NCBI GenBank assembly: GCA_023229795.1
Contig: JALNYP010000014.1
Coordinates: 4,478-68,477, forward strand
Length of the DNA: 64,000 nucleotides
DNA from: Syntrophobacterales bacterium
GTDB lineage: Bacteria; Desulfobacterota; Desulfobaccia; Desulfobaccales; 0-14-0-80-60-11
Reading direction: 5' to 3'
A program made the translations under genes and the position numbers. Positions 37,418 to 47,227 of this stretch are shown here, one piece after another. Positions within the stretch are counted from its first letter, which is position 1; each line of letters opens with the position of its first letter. The notes under the pieces are model-generated. The model saw nothing but the letters and a program-made list of their open reading frames with translations. It did not search any database and was not told the DNA's origin.

Positions 37418-38713
37418 ATGATTCCGCGATACAGCCGTGAGATAATGGCCCGGATCTGGACCGAAGAGAACAAGTTTGCCAGTTGGCTCAAGGTGGAGCT
37501 GGCGGCTATGGAGGCCATGGCGGAGATCGGCCTGATTCCCCGGGAGGTGCCGGCACGCGCTGCGGCCAAGGCCCAGATCGACGTGACCTGCATCCTGGAG
37601 ATCGAAGCCAAGACGCACCATGACGTGGCCGCGTTTGTAGATCAGGTGGCCGGCTGTCTGGGCGAGGACGGCCGCTATTTTCACTTCGGCCTGACTTCCT
37701 CGGACGTCCTGGACACCGCGTTGGGCCTGCGCCTGACCGAGGCCGCGGACCTGCTCCTGGCCGACCTGAACGAACTCCTGGGGGTGCTCGAAGACCGAGC
37801 CTATGCCTTCAAAGACCAGGTCATGGTGGGCCGGACCCACGGGGTGCACGCCGAACCCATCACCCTGGGGCTGAAATTCGCCCTGTGGTACGCCGAATTC
37901 CAGCGCCAGCGCGCCCGCCTGATAGCAGCCCGCAAGACTATCGCGGTGGGCAAGATCTCCGGCGCGGTGGGCACCTTTGCCCAACTGCCGCCGGAGGTGG
38001 AGGCCGGGGTCTGCCGGCGCCTGGGGCTGACCCCCGCGGCCATTTCCACCCAGATCCTCCAGCGGGACCGGCACGCCGAATACTTCCTCACCCTGGCCCT
38101 GATCGGCGCCAGCGTCGAAAAAGTGGCCCTGGAAATTCGCCACCTGCAGCGCACCGAGGTACGGGAGGCGGAGGAAATGTTCGCCGCGGGCCAAAAAGGT
38201 TCGTCGGCCATGCCCCATAAGCGCAACCCGATCCTCTCGGAAAATCTCTGCGGACTGGCCCGGGTGCTGAGGGGCAACGCGCTGGCGGCTTTGGAGAACG
38301 TGGCCCTGTGGCACGAACGAGACATCAGCCACTCCTCGGTGGAGCGGGTCATCGCGCCGGATTCCACCGTGCTCCTGGATTTCATGCTGGCCCGGCTCAC
38401 CCGGCTGCTGAAAAATCTCCAGGTCTATCCGGAGAACATGGCGGCCAACCTCAACCTGACCCATGGCCTGGTCTTCTCCCAGTCCCTGCTCCTGGCCCTG
38501 ATCGACAAGGGCCTCACCCGGGACGCGGCCTACCGGCTGGTGCAGCGTCCGGCCATGCGGGTCTGGCAGGAAGGCGGCGAATTCGCCCAACTGGTCCAGG
38601 CCGACCCCGAGATCGGCCAACACCTGAGCCCGGCCGAAATAGCGGCGATCTTCGATCTGAAGCGTTATTTCCGCCATGTGGACCAGATTTTTGCCCGGGT
38701 ATTCGGGGAGTGA
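37418..38713 (+). CDS. purB: adenylosuccinate lyase
   Basis: MIPRYS, HDV, GRTHG.HAEP, GSSAMPHKRNP, WHERDISHSS. Confidence 0.97.
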   Translation: MIPRYSREIMARIWTEENKFASWLKVELAAMEAMAEIGLIPREVPARAAAKAQIDVTCILEIEAKTHHDVAAFVDQVAGCLGEDGRYFHFGLTSSDVLDTALGLRLTEAADLLLADLNELLGVLEDRAYAFKDQVMVGRTHGVHAEPITLGLKFALWYAEFQRQRARLIAARKTIAVGKISGAVGTFAQLPPEVEAGVCRRLGLTPAAISTQILQRDRHAEYFLTLALIGASVEKVALEIRHLQRTEVREAEEMFAAGQKGSSAMPHKRNPILSENLCGLARVLRGNALAALENVALWHERDISHSSVERVIAPDSTVLLDFMLARLTRLLKNLQVYPENMAANLNLTHGLVFSQSLLLALIDKGLTRDAAYRLVQRPAMRVWQEGGEFAQLVQADPEIGQHLSPAEIAAIFDLKRYFRHVDQIFARVFGE

Positions 38714-38818
38714 GCAGTGAGCAGGAAAGTTTGAAGTTTTAGGGCCACCAGAGGGGCGGTGCGTACCGCCCCTCTGGTGGGTGCCGGGCGTAAGCACATG
38801 ATGGGGTAATCAAGTTTT

Positions 38819-40009
38819 ATGAACGAAAATCCCGCGGCAACCGCCCCATCCGTGAGGGAATTAGCCAAAACCTTCATACATTTAGGGCTTACCGCCTATG
38901 GCGGCCTGGCCATGGTGGAGCCCATCCGGCAGCGGATAGTCAAGGAAAAGGGCTGGCTGAACCAGAAAGAATTTTTGGACGGGCTGGCCCTGTGCCAGAT
39001 AGTTCCCGGGGCTACGGTGGTGCAGTTGGCCACCTATGTCGGCTACCGTCTCAGGAGAACCTCCGGGGCCCTGGCGGCCGCCGCGGGTTTTATTTTCCCC
39101 GCCTTTGTCCTCATGCTCGGCCTCTCTTTTCTCTATTTTACCTATGGAAATATCGCCTGGGTAAAATCGGTTTCCCGCGGTTTGGGCGCGGTGGTCATCG
39201 CACTGCTGCTGCAGGCGGTGTGGCACCTGGGCCAGAATATCAAAAGGCACCGGCTTGACCTGGGCATCGCTTTCTTAGCCCTGGCGGCCCTGTGGTTCCG
39301 GGCGAATTATCTCCTGGTCTTCGCGGGGGCCGGCCTCTTGCGGTTGAGTCTCAGTCTGAGGCAGTTCCCGGACCGGGTCGCGGCCGATGCGGACCTGCCC
39401 GGCCAGAAGCCCCCCGTCGGCCTGATCCTTGGCCAACTGGCGCTCACCTTGACGGTCCTGGCGGTTCTGGTGAGAGGCTTAAGGTATCTGGCCCCCAAGC
39501 TGGGTCTGATGGCCGAAACCTTTCTCAAGATCGCGGTCGTCGCGTTCGGCGGGGGTTACGCCATGATCCCCATCCTGCAATGGGACCTGGTGGACCACCT
39601 GGGCTGGCTCACCCTCCGACAGTTCCTGGACGGCATCCTCCTGGGATTTGTTACCCCCGGGCCGATTATCATCACCGCCACCTTCGTGGGCTACCGGGTG
39701 CAGGGCCTCCTGGGCGCCGTGGTCGCCACCGCGGCCGTCTTCCTGCCGCCCATCTTGATCATCATCTTCTTGAGTCCGTTCTATCACCGGATTAAAGAGG
39801 CCCGGCTGATGCGCCCGGTGATCCAGGGCATTCTGGCCGCCCTGGTGGGCATGCTGGTGCTGGTGACGGTGCAGATGGGCGCCGCGACCCTCACCGATGT
39901 CAAATCTCTGGCCCTGATGGCCGCCGCCAGCCTGGCCCTGATCGCCTTCAGGGTGGATCTCCTGTGGATCGTCGCGGCGGCAGCCGGTCTTTCCCTGTTC
40001 CTGTTTTGA
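38819..40009 (+). CDS. chrA: chromate efflux transporter (long-chain CHR)
   Basis: Two repeats: AYGG...QIVPG and FGGG...TPGP. Confidence 0.9.
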   Translation: MNENPAATAPSVRELAKTFIHLGLTAYGGLAMVEPIRQRIVKEKGWLNQKEFLDGLALCQIVPGATVVQLATYVGYRLRRTSGALAAAAGFIFPAFVLMLGLSFLYFTYGNIAWVKSVSRGLGAVVIALLLQAVWHLGQNIKRHRLDLGIAFLALAALWFRANYLLVFAGAGLLRLSLSLRQFPDRVAADADLPGQKPPVGLILGQLALTLTVLAVLVRGLRYLAPKLGLMAETFLKIAVVAFGGGYAMIPILQWDLVDHLGWLTLRQFLDGILLGFVTPGPIIITATFVGYRVQGLLGAVVATAAVFLPPILIIIFLSPFYHRIKEARLMRPVIQGILAALVGMLVLVTVQMGAATLTDVKSLALMAAASLALIAFRVDLLWIVAAAAGLSLFLF

Positions 40010-40456
40010 CCCAGCGCTAAATTTTTTTTTGGCGGCGCGCCGATTTTCCAAACTCCCGTTTTTTTTAAGTAAAACCCGGCCCTGCCGAGGCCTTTACCCG
40101 GGCTTCCCCTCCCCTCGGCTTCTGGAATCCTCCCCCCAAAATTCGTTATTTCGGTGCCGACTCATTCGATAATTTCATGGTGAGACGCGTTCGCGGCTCA
40201 ATGACGCGGCGGGCAGCCGCACCCCCCTGAGATGATCCTGGCCAAGATCTCGATGAGGGATTCCGGAAGCCAAAAATAGGAATTTCCTCATATACTTTTA
40301 GATAAAATTATGGAAATAATGTTGCATAATATCAGAATGATGAGGACCCCAAAAAGGCAAGCCGGAGAAACTGGAGAGCCCCAGCGGCGGCAACAGGAAC
40401 GACAAGAGGGATAAGGCAATCCCCGGGGAAGTCGGAGAAGAACAAAGGAGGCGGCC

Positions 40457-41500
40457 ATGGTTGATTCGTCCATCATCGATTTCTGTATCGGCATGACGTT
40501 CTTTTATGTGATCCTGACTCTGATCTGCACCATGATCAACGAGTATATCATCGAACGCTGGCGTAACCTGCGCGCCAATTACCTGCTGGAAGGCATCGCC
40601 GGGCTATTTTACGATGCCCAGAACGTGTTCGACATTTACACGCATCCACTGATCAGAGGGCTTTATTATGATAAGGAGCAACCAGTGGCGCCGGCAGCAA
40701 AGACCGGGAAACCCAATCCTCCGAAAACCGAAGATTCATTAGCTGCCTGCCTGGAGCCCTTTGACAAAATTAAGAAGTATCTCCCTTCTTACATTCCTTC
40801 CCGCACTTTTGTCACCGCGCTGCTCGATACCCTGGCTCCGGCCACCAAAGCCGATAATCCCCAAGACTTTTCACAACTGAGAGAGATCGTTTTCAACAGC
40901 GGCAACAACCGGATAAAGGGAGCGTTGCTGCCGCTGATTGATGCGGCCGCGGGCGATCTGGAGAAGGCCAGGCAGAACATCGAAAAGTGGTTCGATGATT
41001 CCATGGACCGGATCTCAGGCTGGTTTAAGCGCCGGGCCAAGGCCTGGCTCTTGCTGGTGGCCGCAGTCGTCTGTATCCTGTTGAATGCCGACAGCATCAT
41101 GGTGGGGAATATGCTTTGGCAGAATAAGGCGCTGCGGGCGGCAGTGGTGGCCTCGGCCGAAAATTTTGCCAAGAAGAAGCCTTCACCTGAGGACAAACAG
41201 GCCGCTAAAACCACCCAAGAACTCCAAACGGCCATCCAGGCTGAAATTGATAAATCGAAATTGCCCCTCGGCTGGGTGTGGCGGGGCGAGCCGGCCAAAC
41301 CGGGCGAAGCGGCCAAGGCTGCCGACCCTCGCGAGTTGCCAAGCGGCCGGGACCAGGTATTCTTCAAGATTATCGGAATAATCTTGACCACCCTGGCCAT
41401 CTCCCTGGGCGCTCCCTTCTGGACTGACCTGCTCAACAGCTTCGTCAACCTGCGGCGCACCGGGAATAAGCCCGCCAAAGCGGAGGAAGAAAAGAAGTAA
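40457..41500 (+). CDS. conserved hypothetical membrane protein
   Basis: GGAGG RBS; PSYIP, WFDDSMDRISGWFKR, LPLGW, SLGAPFW.DLL. Confidence 0.75.
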   Translation: MVDSSIIDFCIGMTFFYVILTLICTMINEYIIERWRNLRANYLLEGIAGLFYDAQNVFDIYTHPLIRGLYYDKEQPVAPAAKTGKPNPPKTEDSLAACLEPFDKIKKYLPSYIPSRTFVTALLDTLAPATKADNPQDFSQLREIVFNSGNNRIKGALLPLIDAAAGDLEKARQNIEKWFDDSMDRISGWFKRRAKAWLLLVAAVVCILLNADSIMVGNMLWQNKALRAAVVASAENFAKKKPSPEDKQAAKTTQELQTAIQAEIDKSKLPLGWVWRGEPAKPGEAAKAADPRELPSGRDQVFFKIIGIILTTLAISLGAPFWTDLLNSFVNLRRTGNKPAKAEEEKK

Positions 41501-41516
41501 GCCGGGCTTTTTGCAC

Positions 41517-42194
41517 CTAGTGCTTGTACCCCACCGGCATGACCAGGAGGGGCTCGCGGCCCGGGGGCAGTTTTAAGGCCCGGGCCAGGGCCTCATCCTC
41601 GAAGGCCCCGACGATGCCGGCTCCCAGGCCCAGGTCTTCGGCCGCCAGGAAGAGGTTCTGGCTGACGTTCCCGGCCTCCATGTGGGTGTAGCGCACCCCA
41701 CGCTGGCCGTAACGGCCCGTGCAGCGGCGGTATTCCCCGGTGATCACCACCAGCACGGGAGCTGCGGCCATCCAGGCCTGGTTCAGGCAGGCCCGGACCA
41801 CCGCGGGCCGCAAGTCTCCCGGGGCCACCGGCTGCAACGCGTGCTCCGCCACCAGATAGTGGTAAACCCCGGCGGCCAGATCGAGCGCGCCTCGTTCTCC
41901 CACCACCAGGTAGAGGTCCAGGGGATAGGTGGCCCCGGCGGACGGCGAGGTCCTAAGGCCCCGGGGGTCGCTCGTGCCGTCCGCGCCCCACAGCAATTGC
42001 GAGATTTGCGCCAGCGACAGGGGCCGGGCCGCAAAGCCGCGCACCGTACGCCGGACTGCGAAGGCCTCCGGCACCGACAGCGTTCCCTTCCTGGCCGGGG
42101 CCGGCAGCTTGATCGCCTCTGCGTCTTGGCCGCCGGCGGGCTGCACCAGCATGATCGTCAGTACCATAACAAGACTCCAACCGATGTTCATCAT
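41517..42194 (-). CDS. SagB/ThcOx-type nitroreductase-family FMN dehydrogenase
   Basis: RRTVR, QLLWGA, RTSPSAGATYP, EAGNVSQN. Confidence 0.88.
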   Translation of the reverse strand: MMNIGWSLVMVLTIMLVQPAGGQDAEAIKLPAPARKGTLSVPEAFAVRRTVRGFAARPLSLAQISQLLWGADGTSDPRGLRTSPSAGATYPLDLYLVVGERGALDLAAGVYHYLVAEHALQPVAPGDLRPAVVRACLNQAWMAAAPVLVVITGEYRRCTGRYGQRGVRYTHMEAGNVSQNLFLAAEDLGLGAGIVGAFEDEALARALKLPPGREPLLVMPVGYKH

Positions 42195-42470
42195 GACACC
42201 TCTATGACCGAGTCTCGATTTCCTCGGCTACCGTGGCCGCGGGCTTTACCATGAAAACCTAATCCCATAAAACCCAAATCCCCCTTTGCCAAAGGGGGAC
42301 TTCAAACTCCCCCCTGAAAAAGGGGGGCAAAGGCAGACGTGTCCAGCATAGATTTTGCCAGTGTGGCGGCGTCCACCATATCCCTTCCACCCCTGGAACC
42401 TGAGGATTTTCCCGTAGACATTTCTCATCTAGTGAATTAGGGTGCATTATATACCCGCATAGGGGGGGAT

Positions 42471-42962
42471 ATGTTTGGTTTAGAAAAATTAAAATTTAAG
42501 ACAAAAGTAATTTTAGTATCAGTAATTATTATAATTGTTTCAATGGGTATTGTTTATATACGGAATACGACTCCTATAACTGTCATAAAAATTAATGATT
42601 GGGTATTTATTACAAGTAATGATGAAGGCAGTTGGTATTATAAATCGAATTTAATTAATATAGATAACCAAACCCATATCATAGAAGTATTGGTAAAAAA
42701 TATATATACTGATATTGGGAAACAGAAGTTTCTTGAAACACATAAAAATGGTAAATATACAGATATTAATAGGTCACTAAGTATGGTTTCAATTAATTAT
42801 CAAAAGATGACATATCAACAAAATAGGGTGGTTTATTATTCTAAATCAAACAATATTATAGGTAATGACGAATTAGCTGTAAAAATTGATGATTTAATTC
42901 CTCAATCTGTAGGTAATAAATTAATAAGGAAAATTCTTGAAGACTACAATATTGTGAGATAA
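42471..42962 (+). CDS. surface-adhesin-E-like exported protein, very AT-rich
   Basis: N-terminal TM; DWVFITS...WYYK...IEVLVK pattern; composition far from the flanks. Confidence 0.55.
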   Translation: MFGLEKLKFKTKVILVSVIIIIVSMGIVYIRNTTPITVIKINDWVFITSNDEGSWYYKSNLINIDNQTHIIEVLVKNIYTDIGKQKFLETHKNGKYTDINRSLSMVSINYQKMTYQQNRVVYYSKSNNIIGNDELAVKIDDLIPQSVGNKLIRKILEDYNIVR

Positions 42963-43363
42963 TTCATCATATTTTACAGATTCGATACCTTAGACTGACA
43001 CCCCCCTCACCCTGCCCTCTCCCCCCAAGGGGCCCAGGGGGTAGAGGGGAAAACCTTGTAAATTCCCCGAGATGATCAATTGTAGGGGTTATAGCATTTG
43101 CCAAAAATAATTTCCCGTAGGGGCATGGCGAGCCATGCCCAAACCTTCGAGGGCACGGCACGCCGTGCCCCTACATCAACTAGGCAATCGGAAGGCACTT
43201 TTGGCAAATGCTATACTTTTTCTCAAACGAAAATTTACCGGCACGCCAATAGCAAAAACCTTGCAGGACACTCCTATGGCAGGGGGAATTTTTCCTCCCC
43301 GGCGGTTTAAAGAATTGTTCACGGAGTCTTCCCGGCGCCGCTCTCGGCAAAGTCCGCTTTGGC

Positions 43364-43873
43364 TTAATCCCCTCGGACCTGGCTGAGCACAAAGGCGACC
43401 AGCCGGGCCATGGCGGCTTTGCTCAGGTGAATGATTAGGTCGGTCTCCCGGCAGGGCACCCGCCGGGCCTGGAAGTTGCCGGTGACCATGAGCTCTACGG
43501 TCCCGCCTCGCCTGGTGGCCACCAGGGCCGGGGCTTCAGCGAAGATGAACAGGTTTTTCCCGGGCACGTGGCAGGCGGCCAGCAGGGCCGTTTCCGCCAA
43601 TTCCGGGCCCGAGGGCGGGGTCAGAGGCAGTTCATGCCGGGCCGCGAATTCTTTGAGGCCGCGGCTGAGCGCCTCGGCCGGCGTCAGTAACATCGCCAGG
43701 TTTAGGCCCGGTTCCGCGTCTGCCGCGCCGGATTCGGGCACCTCCAGATCGACCACCTTCAGGACAAAGGTCCCGCCATGTTCGTCCCATTGCAGGCTGG
43801 CCGGGGTTCTCAGTTCCAACTTGAGCCCGGGATCGGCGAACCAGGCCCGGGCCCGTAAGCAGGGTATCAGCAT
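43364..43873 (-). CDS. hypothetical protein
   Basis: GGAGG RBS before ATG 43873; host-like codon usage. Confidence 0.65.
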   Translation of the reverse strand: MLIPCLRARAWFADPGLKLELRTPASLQWDEHGGTFVLKVVDLEVPESGAADAEPGLNLAMLLTPAEALSRGLKEFAARHELPLTPPSGPELAETALLAACHVPGKNLFIFAEAPALVATRRGGTVELMVTGNFQARRVPCRETDLIIHLSKAAMARLVAFVLSQVRGD

Positions 43874-44163
43874 TTGCAGTTCCCTCCGGCGTTGACCGGC
43901 AACGTTCAGGTTTGAGAATATCCGGTGGGGGGGGCCTCCGGCCCGCCGCCTCAACGGCTGTGACCATCTCTCTTGGTCACGATTGTACCTCGATTAGCCT
44001 GATAGATCAGCAAAATTTCGCCGGCTGCGGCGCGCGGTTCGCAGTTGAACGAGCGCCTAGATTCTAAAGAAATCTTGGGGATGAGCGGTTACACCTTGAC
44101 CCTTATCCGCATAAATCTTAATATAATAGAAAAAATAGGTTGAAATCACCTTGGGAGAAGGAC

Positions 44164-44685
44164 ATGGCATATTCCCCGATAGTTATGGAACATTTCAAGA
44201 ACCCTCGCAATGTGGGCGAAATCATCAGCGCCGACGGGGTGGGCGAAGTCGGCAATCCCGTGTGCGGGGACATGATGAATGTGTATATCAAAGTCGAAAA
44301 TGACCGCCTGGTAGACGTCAAGTTCAAGACCTTCGGCTGCGGCGCGGCCATCGCGGTTTCCAGCATGATCACCGAAATGGCCAAAGGCAAGACCCTGGAA
44401 GAGGCCATGAAGATCACCAACGCCGACGTCGCCGAAGCTTTGGGCGGTCTGCCTCCCAACAAGCTCCACTGCTCCAACCTGGGCGCGGACGCCCTGCATT
44501 CCGCCATCAAGAATTACATGGACCGCAAAGCGGGGAAAGTGCCTGCGGCCGTCGATCTGGACAAGGAACCGCACCATAAGCAACGCGAAGGCTGCTACTG
44601 CCCCTACTGCCAGAAGCAGGTGGAGGAAGAATCCCCCATGTGCATCTTCTGCGGCAAGGAAATCCCGCATGAGCACGACCACTAA
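44164..44685 (+). CDS. iscU: Fe-S scaffold IscU/NifU-N with C-terminal Cys-rich ribbon
   Basis: HFKNPRNVG, GNPVCGD, FGCGAAIA, KLHCS; tail CYCPYC...CIFC...HEHDH. Confidence 0.92.
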   Translation: MAYSPIVMEHFKNPRNVGEIISADGVGEVGNPVCGDMMNVYIKVENDRLVDVKFKTFGCGAAIAVSSMITEMAKGKTLEEAMKITNADVAEALGGLPPNKLHCSNLGADALHSAIKNYMDRKAGKVPAAVDLDKEPHHKQREGCYCPYCQKQVEEESPMCIFCGKEIPHEHDH

Positions 44686-44715
44686 TGGTCCGGTTCGGAA
44701 GATAAGGAAGCTGCC

Positions 44716-45888
44716 ATGGGTGTAATCTATTTCGACCATCTTGCGGCCACGCCCCTCCACCCCCGGGTGAAGGAGGCCATGATTAAGCATATTGAGACCG
44801 TGTACGGTAACCCGGCCACCGACAACCATGTAGGCCAGCCGGCCGCCCTGGCCCTCGAAGAGGCTAGGGTCCGGGTAGCCGCCCTGATCAACGCCGACCC
44901 CAAAGAGGTGGTGTTCAATTCGGGCGGCACCGAGTCCGTCAACCACGCCCTCAAAGGCATCGGCATCGGGCTTCGGGAGAAAGGCCGCCATATCATCACC
45001 TCCAACATCGAACACAAGGCGGTCTTGAACTCGCTGAGGACACTGCGGCTGCTGGATTACCGGGTGACGTCCCTGGACGTGGACCAGTACGGCCTGGTGG
45101 ACCCGGCCGCGGTGGAAAAGGCCATTACGCCCGAGACCATTCTCATCTCCATCATGCTGGGCAACAATGAGATCGGCACGCTTGAGCCCGTGGCCGAGAT
45201 CGCCAAGATCGCCAAGAAACACAAGGTGATGATGCACACCGACGCGGTGGCCGCCACCGGCATCATCCCCGTGGACGTGCAGGAGCTGGGAGTGAACCTC
45301 TTAAGCCTGGCAGCCAACCAGTTTTACGGGCCTCCCGGGGTAGGGGCGCTCTACGTCCGCAAGGGGACGCCCCTGTGGCCCCTGCTGGACGGCGGCCTCC
45401 AGGAGAACAAGCGCCGGGCCGGCACGGAAAACCTCATCGGCATCGTGGGCATGGGCATGGCCGCGGAAATGGCCCGCCTGGAGATGCCCGAACGCCTGCC
45501 GCGCATTAAGGCCCTCAAAGACCGCCTGGCCCAGGGGATCAAAGGCCGCATCCCCGAAATCAAGATCAACGGCCATCCCACCCAATGCCTGCCGCATCTC
45601 TTCTCCGTCTCGGTGGAATACATCGAGGGCGAGAGCCTGGTGATGATGCTGGATGATGAAGGCATTATCGTGGCTACCCGGTCCGCCTGCGCCTCCGGGT
45701 CCCTGCGCGCCTCCCACGTGCTCATCGGCACCGGCCTGGGGCACGCCCTGGCCCAGGGCACCCTGGTCTTCACCCTGGGGGTCGATAACACCGAGGCGGA
45801 TATCGACAAAGTGCTCCAGGTGATGCCCGGCATCGTCCAGACCCTGCGGGAGATGTCGCCGCTCTATAAAAAAGAGCACGCGGGCTGA
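44716..45888 (+). CDS. iscS: IscS/NifS-like cysteine desulfurase homologue lacking the PLP lysine
   Basis: SGGTES, IEHKAV, NNEIGT, AANQFYGP (normally S.HK.YGP), RAGTEN, SACASG...SHVL. Confidence 0.85.
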   Translation: MGVIYFDHLAATPLHPRVKEAMIKHIETVYGNPATDNHVGQPAALALEEARVRVAALINADPKEVVFNSGGTESVNHALKGIGIGLREKGRHIITSNIEHKAVLNSLRTLRLLDYRVTSLDVDQYGLVDPAAVEKAITPETILISIMLGNNEIGTLEPVAEIAKIAKKHKVMMHTDAVAATGIIPVDVQELGVNLLSLAANQFYGPPGVGALYVRKGTPLWPLLDGGLQENKRRAGTENLIGIVGMGMAAEMARLEMPERLPRIKALKDRLAQGIKGRIPEIKINGHPTQCLPHLFSVSVEYIEGESLVMMLDDEGIIVATRSACASGSLRASHVLIGTGLGHALAQGTLVFTLGVDNTEADIDKVLQVMPGIVQTLREMSPLYKKEHAG

Positions 45889-45911
45889 AAGATTAGCTCC
45901 CACATATCCTG

Positions 45912-45952
45912 AAGACAGCCGGGGCGGGTATTTAACCCGCCCCGGCTGTCTT
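45912..45952. terminator. long hairpin / terminator after iscS
   Basis: AAGACAGCCGGGGCGGGT ATTTA ACCCGCCCCGGCTGTCTT, an 18-bp stem. Confidence 0.7.
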
Positions 45953-45992
45953 TCCCCTCAGCCTTAGGGCCATTTCTCTGGAAAGGAGACCC

Positions 45993-46625
45993 GTGCTTAT
46001 GCCTGGTGCTGCCGATGGCACGGAATGCGGCGCGGCCCCCGGAATCGACCTCAAGGAGGAGGATATCCTGGAGGCCATGCGAGCCATCCCGGGATATCTG
46101 GACATCACGCCGGGAGATTTTAAAGAGGTCTATCGCCTGGCGTTCCAGCACGCCCTGGAGCGCTTGAGCCGGGCCGTCACCGCGGCCGAGATCATGACCG
46201 CGGACGTAGTGGCGGTCAAGCCCGACACGCCGGTGGCGGACGTGGCCGCGGCCATGGGGCAGCATGGGGTGTCGGGAGTGCCCGTGGTGGAGGCCGACCA
46301 CCGGGTGGTGGGGGTTATTTCGGAGAAAGATTTCCTCTCCCACATGGGCGTTTCCGAACCCCGTAACTTCATGAGCCTGGTGGCGGGCTGCCTGAGGACC
46401 AAAGGCTGCGTGGCCCTGCCCATCAAGCGCTCCCTGGCCAAAGATATCATGAGCGCCCCGGCCGTCACCGTAAGCCCGGAAACCACGGTGAGTACCATTG
46501 CCGCGCTGTTTACCGACCGGGGGATCAACCGGGTGGCGGTCACCGACCCGGAGGGCCGTCTCCTGGGCCTGGTCTCCCGGGGGGATATCGTCAAAGCCAC
46601 CATGGGCCGGGGCCTGCCATGCTGA
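45993..46625 (+). CDS. CBS-pair protein
   Basis: GYLDITPGDF; two CBS repeats (AAEIMT...GVISEKD; AKDIMS...GLVSRGD). Confidence 0.9.
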   Translation: MLMPGAADGTECGAAPGIDLKEEDILEAMRAIPGYLDITPGDFKEVYRLAFQHALERLSRAVTAAEIMTADVVAVKPDTPVADVAAAMGQHGVSGVPVVEADHRVVGVISEKDFLSHMGVSEPRNFMSLVAGCLRTKGCVALPIKRSLAKDIMSAPAVTVSPETTVSTIAALFTDRGINRVAVTDPEGRLLGLVSRGDIVKATMGRGLPC

Positions 46626-47161
46626 GGACCTACTTCCGCAAAATGGCCGGCACCACCCAGAGCCCGCCCCGGGTCAACCTGGCGGAAATCTTCTGGTCCT
46701 GGCTGGGGGCTTTCCTGGGGATCGCCGCGGTGGCCGTGATCAACTACAACCTGCTGGACAAAACCAGCCTGCTGATGCTGATCGGGTCCTTCGGGGCCTC
46801 GGCGGTGCTCATTTACGGGGCCATCAAGAGTCCCCTGGCCCAGCCCCGCAACCTCCTGGGCGGCCACGTGATTTCGGCCCTCATCGGCGTTACCGCCTTC
46901 AAGTTCCTGGCTCCCCATCTCTGGCTGGCCGCGGCCCTGGCCGTGGCCACCAGCATCGCGGTGATGCACGCCACCAAAACCCTGCACCCGCCCGGCGGCG
47001 CCACCGCCCTCATCGCGGTCATCAGCGGCCCCAACGTGACCAATTTGGGATACCTTTATGCGCTGATCCCTGTGGGGGCCGGCGCCCTCATCATGCTGGT
47101 GGTGGCCCTGGTGGTGAATAACCTGGCCCCTCAACGCCGCTACCCCGAGTTCTGGTGGTGA
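46619..47161 (+). CDS. HPP-family membrane protein
   Basis: FGASAVL, SPLAQPRN, HPPGGA. Confidence 0.93.
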   Translation: MLRTYFRKMAGTTQSPPRVNLAEIFWSWLGAFLGIAAVAVINYNLLDKTSLLMLIGSFGASAVLIYGAIKSPLAQPRNLLGGHVISALIGVTAFKFLAPHLWLAAALAVATSIAVMHATKTLHPPGGATALIAVISGPNVTNLGYLYALIPVGAGALIMLVVALVVNNLAPQRRYPEFWW

Positions 47162-47227
47162 ATATGCAGTAACTTGAGGGGGAGGGCCGGGGCAGCCTGA
47201 CGAAAGATTCCCCCCCCTCCCTCAGAA

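Noticed and set aside
26782-42194. RiPP cluster built from the Cys/His microproteins, ThiF and the SagB-type dehydrogenase
   Set aside because: The genes are unlinked, there is no YcaO, radical SAM enzyme or transporter, and the SagB-like protein has a signal-like N-terminus typical of stand-alone nitroreductases.
43239-43254. Second sigma54-like site CGGCACGCCAATAGCA
   Set aside because: GG-N10-GC spacing is right, but the -12 element is weak and no clear gene or terminator follows on the + strand.
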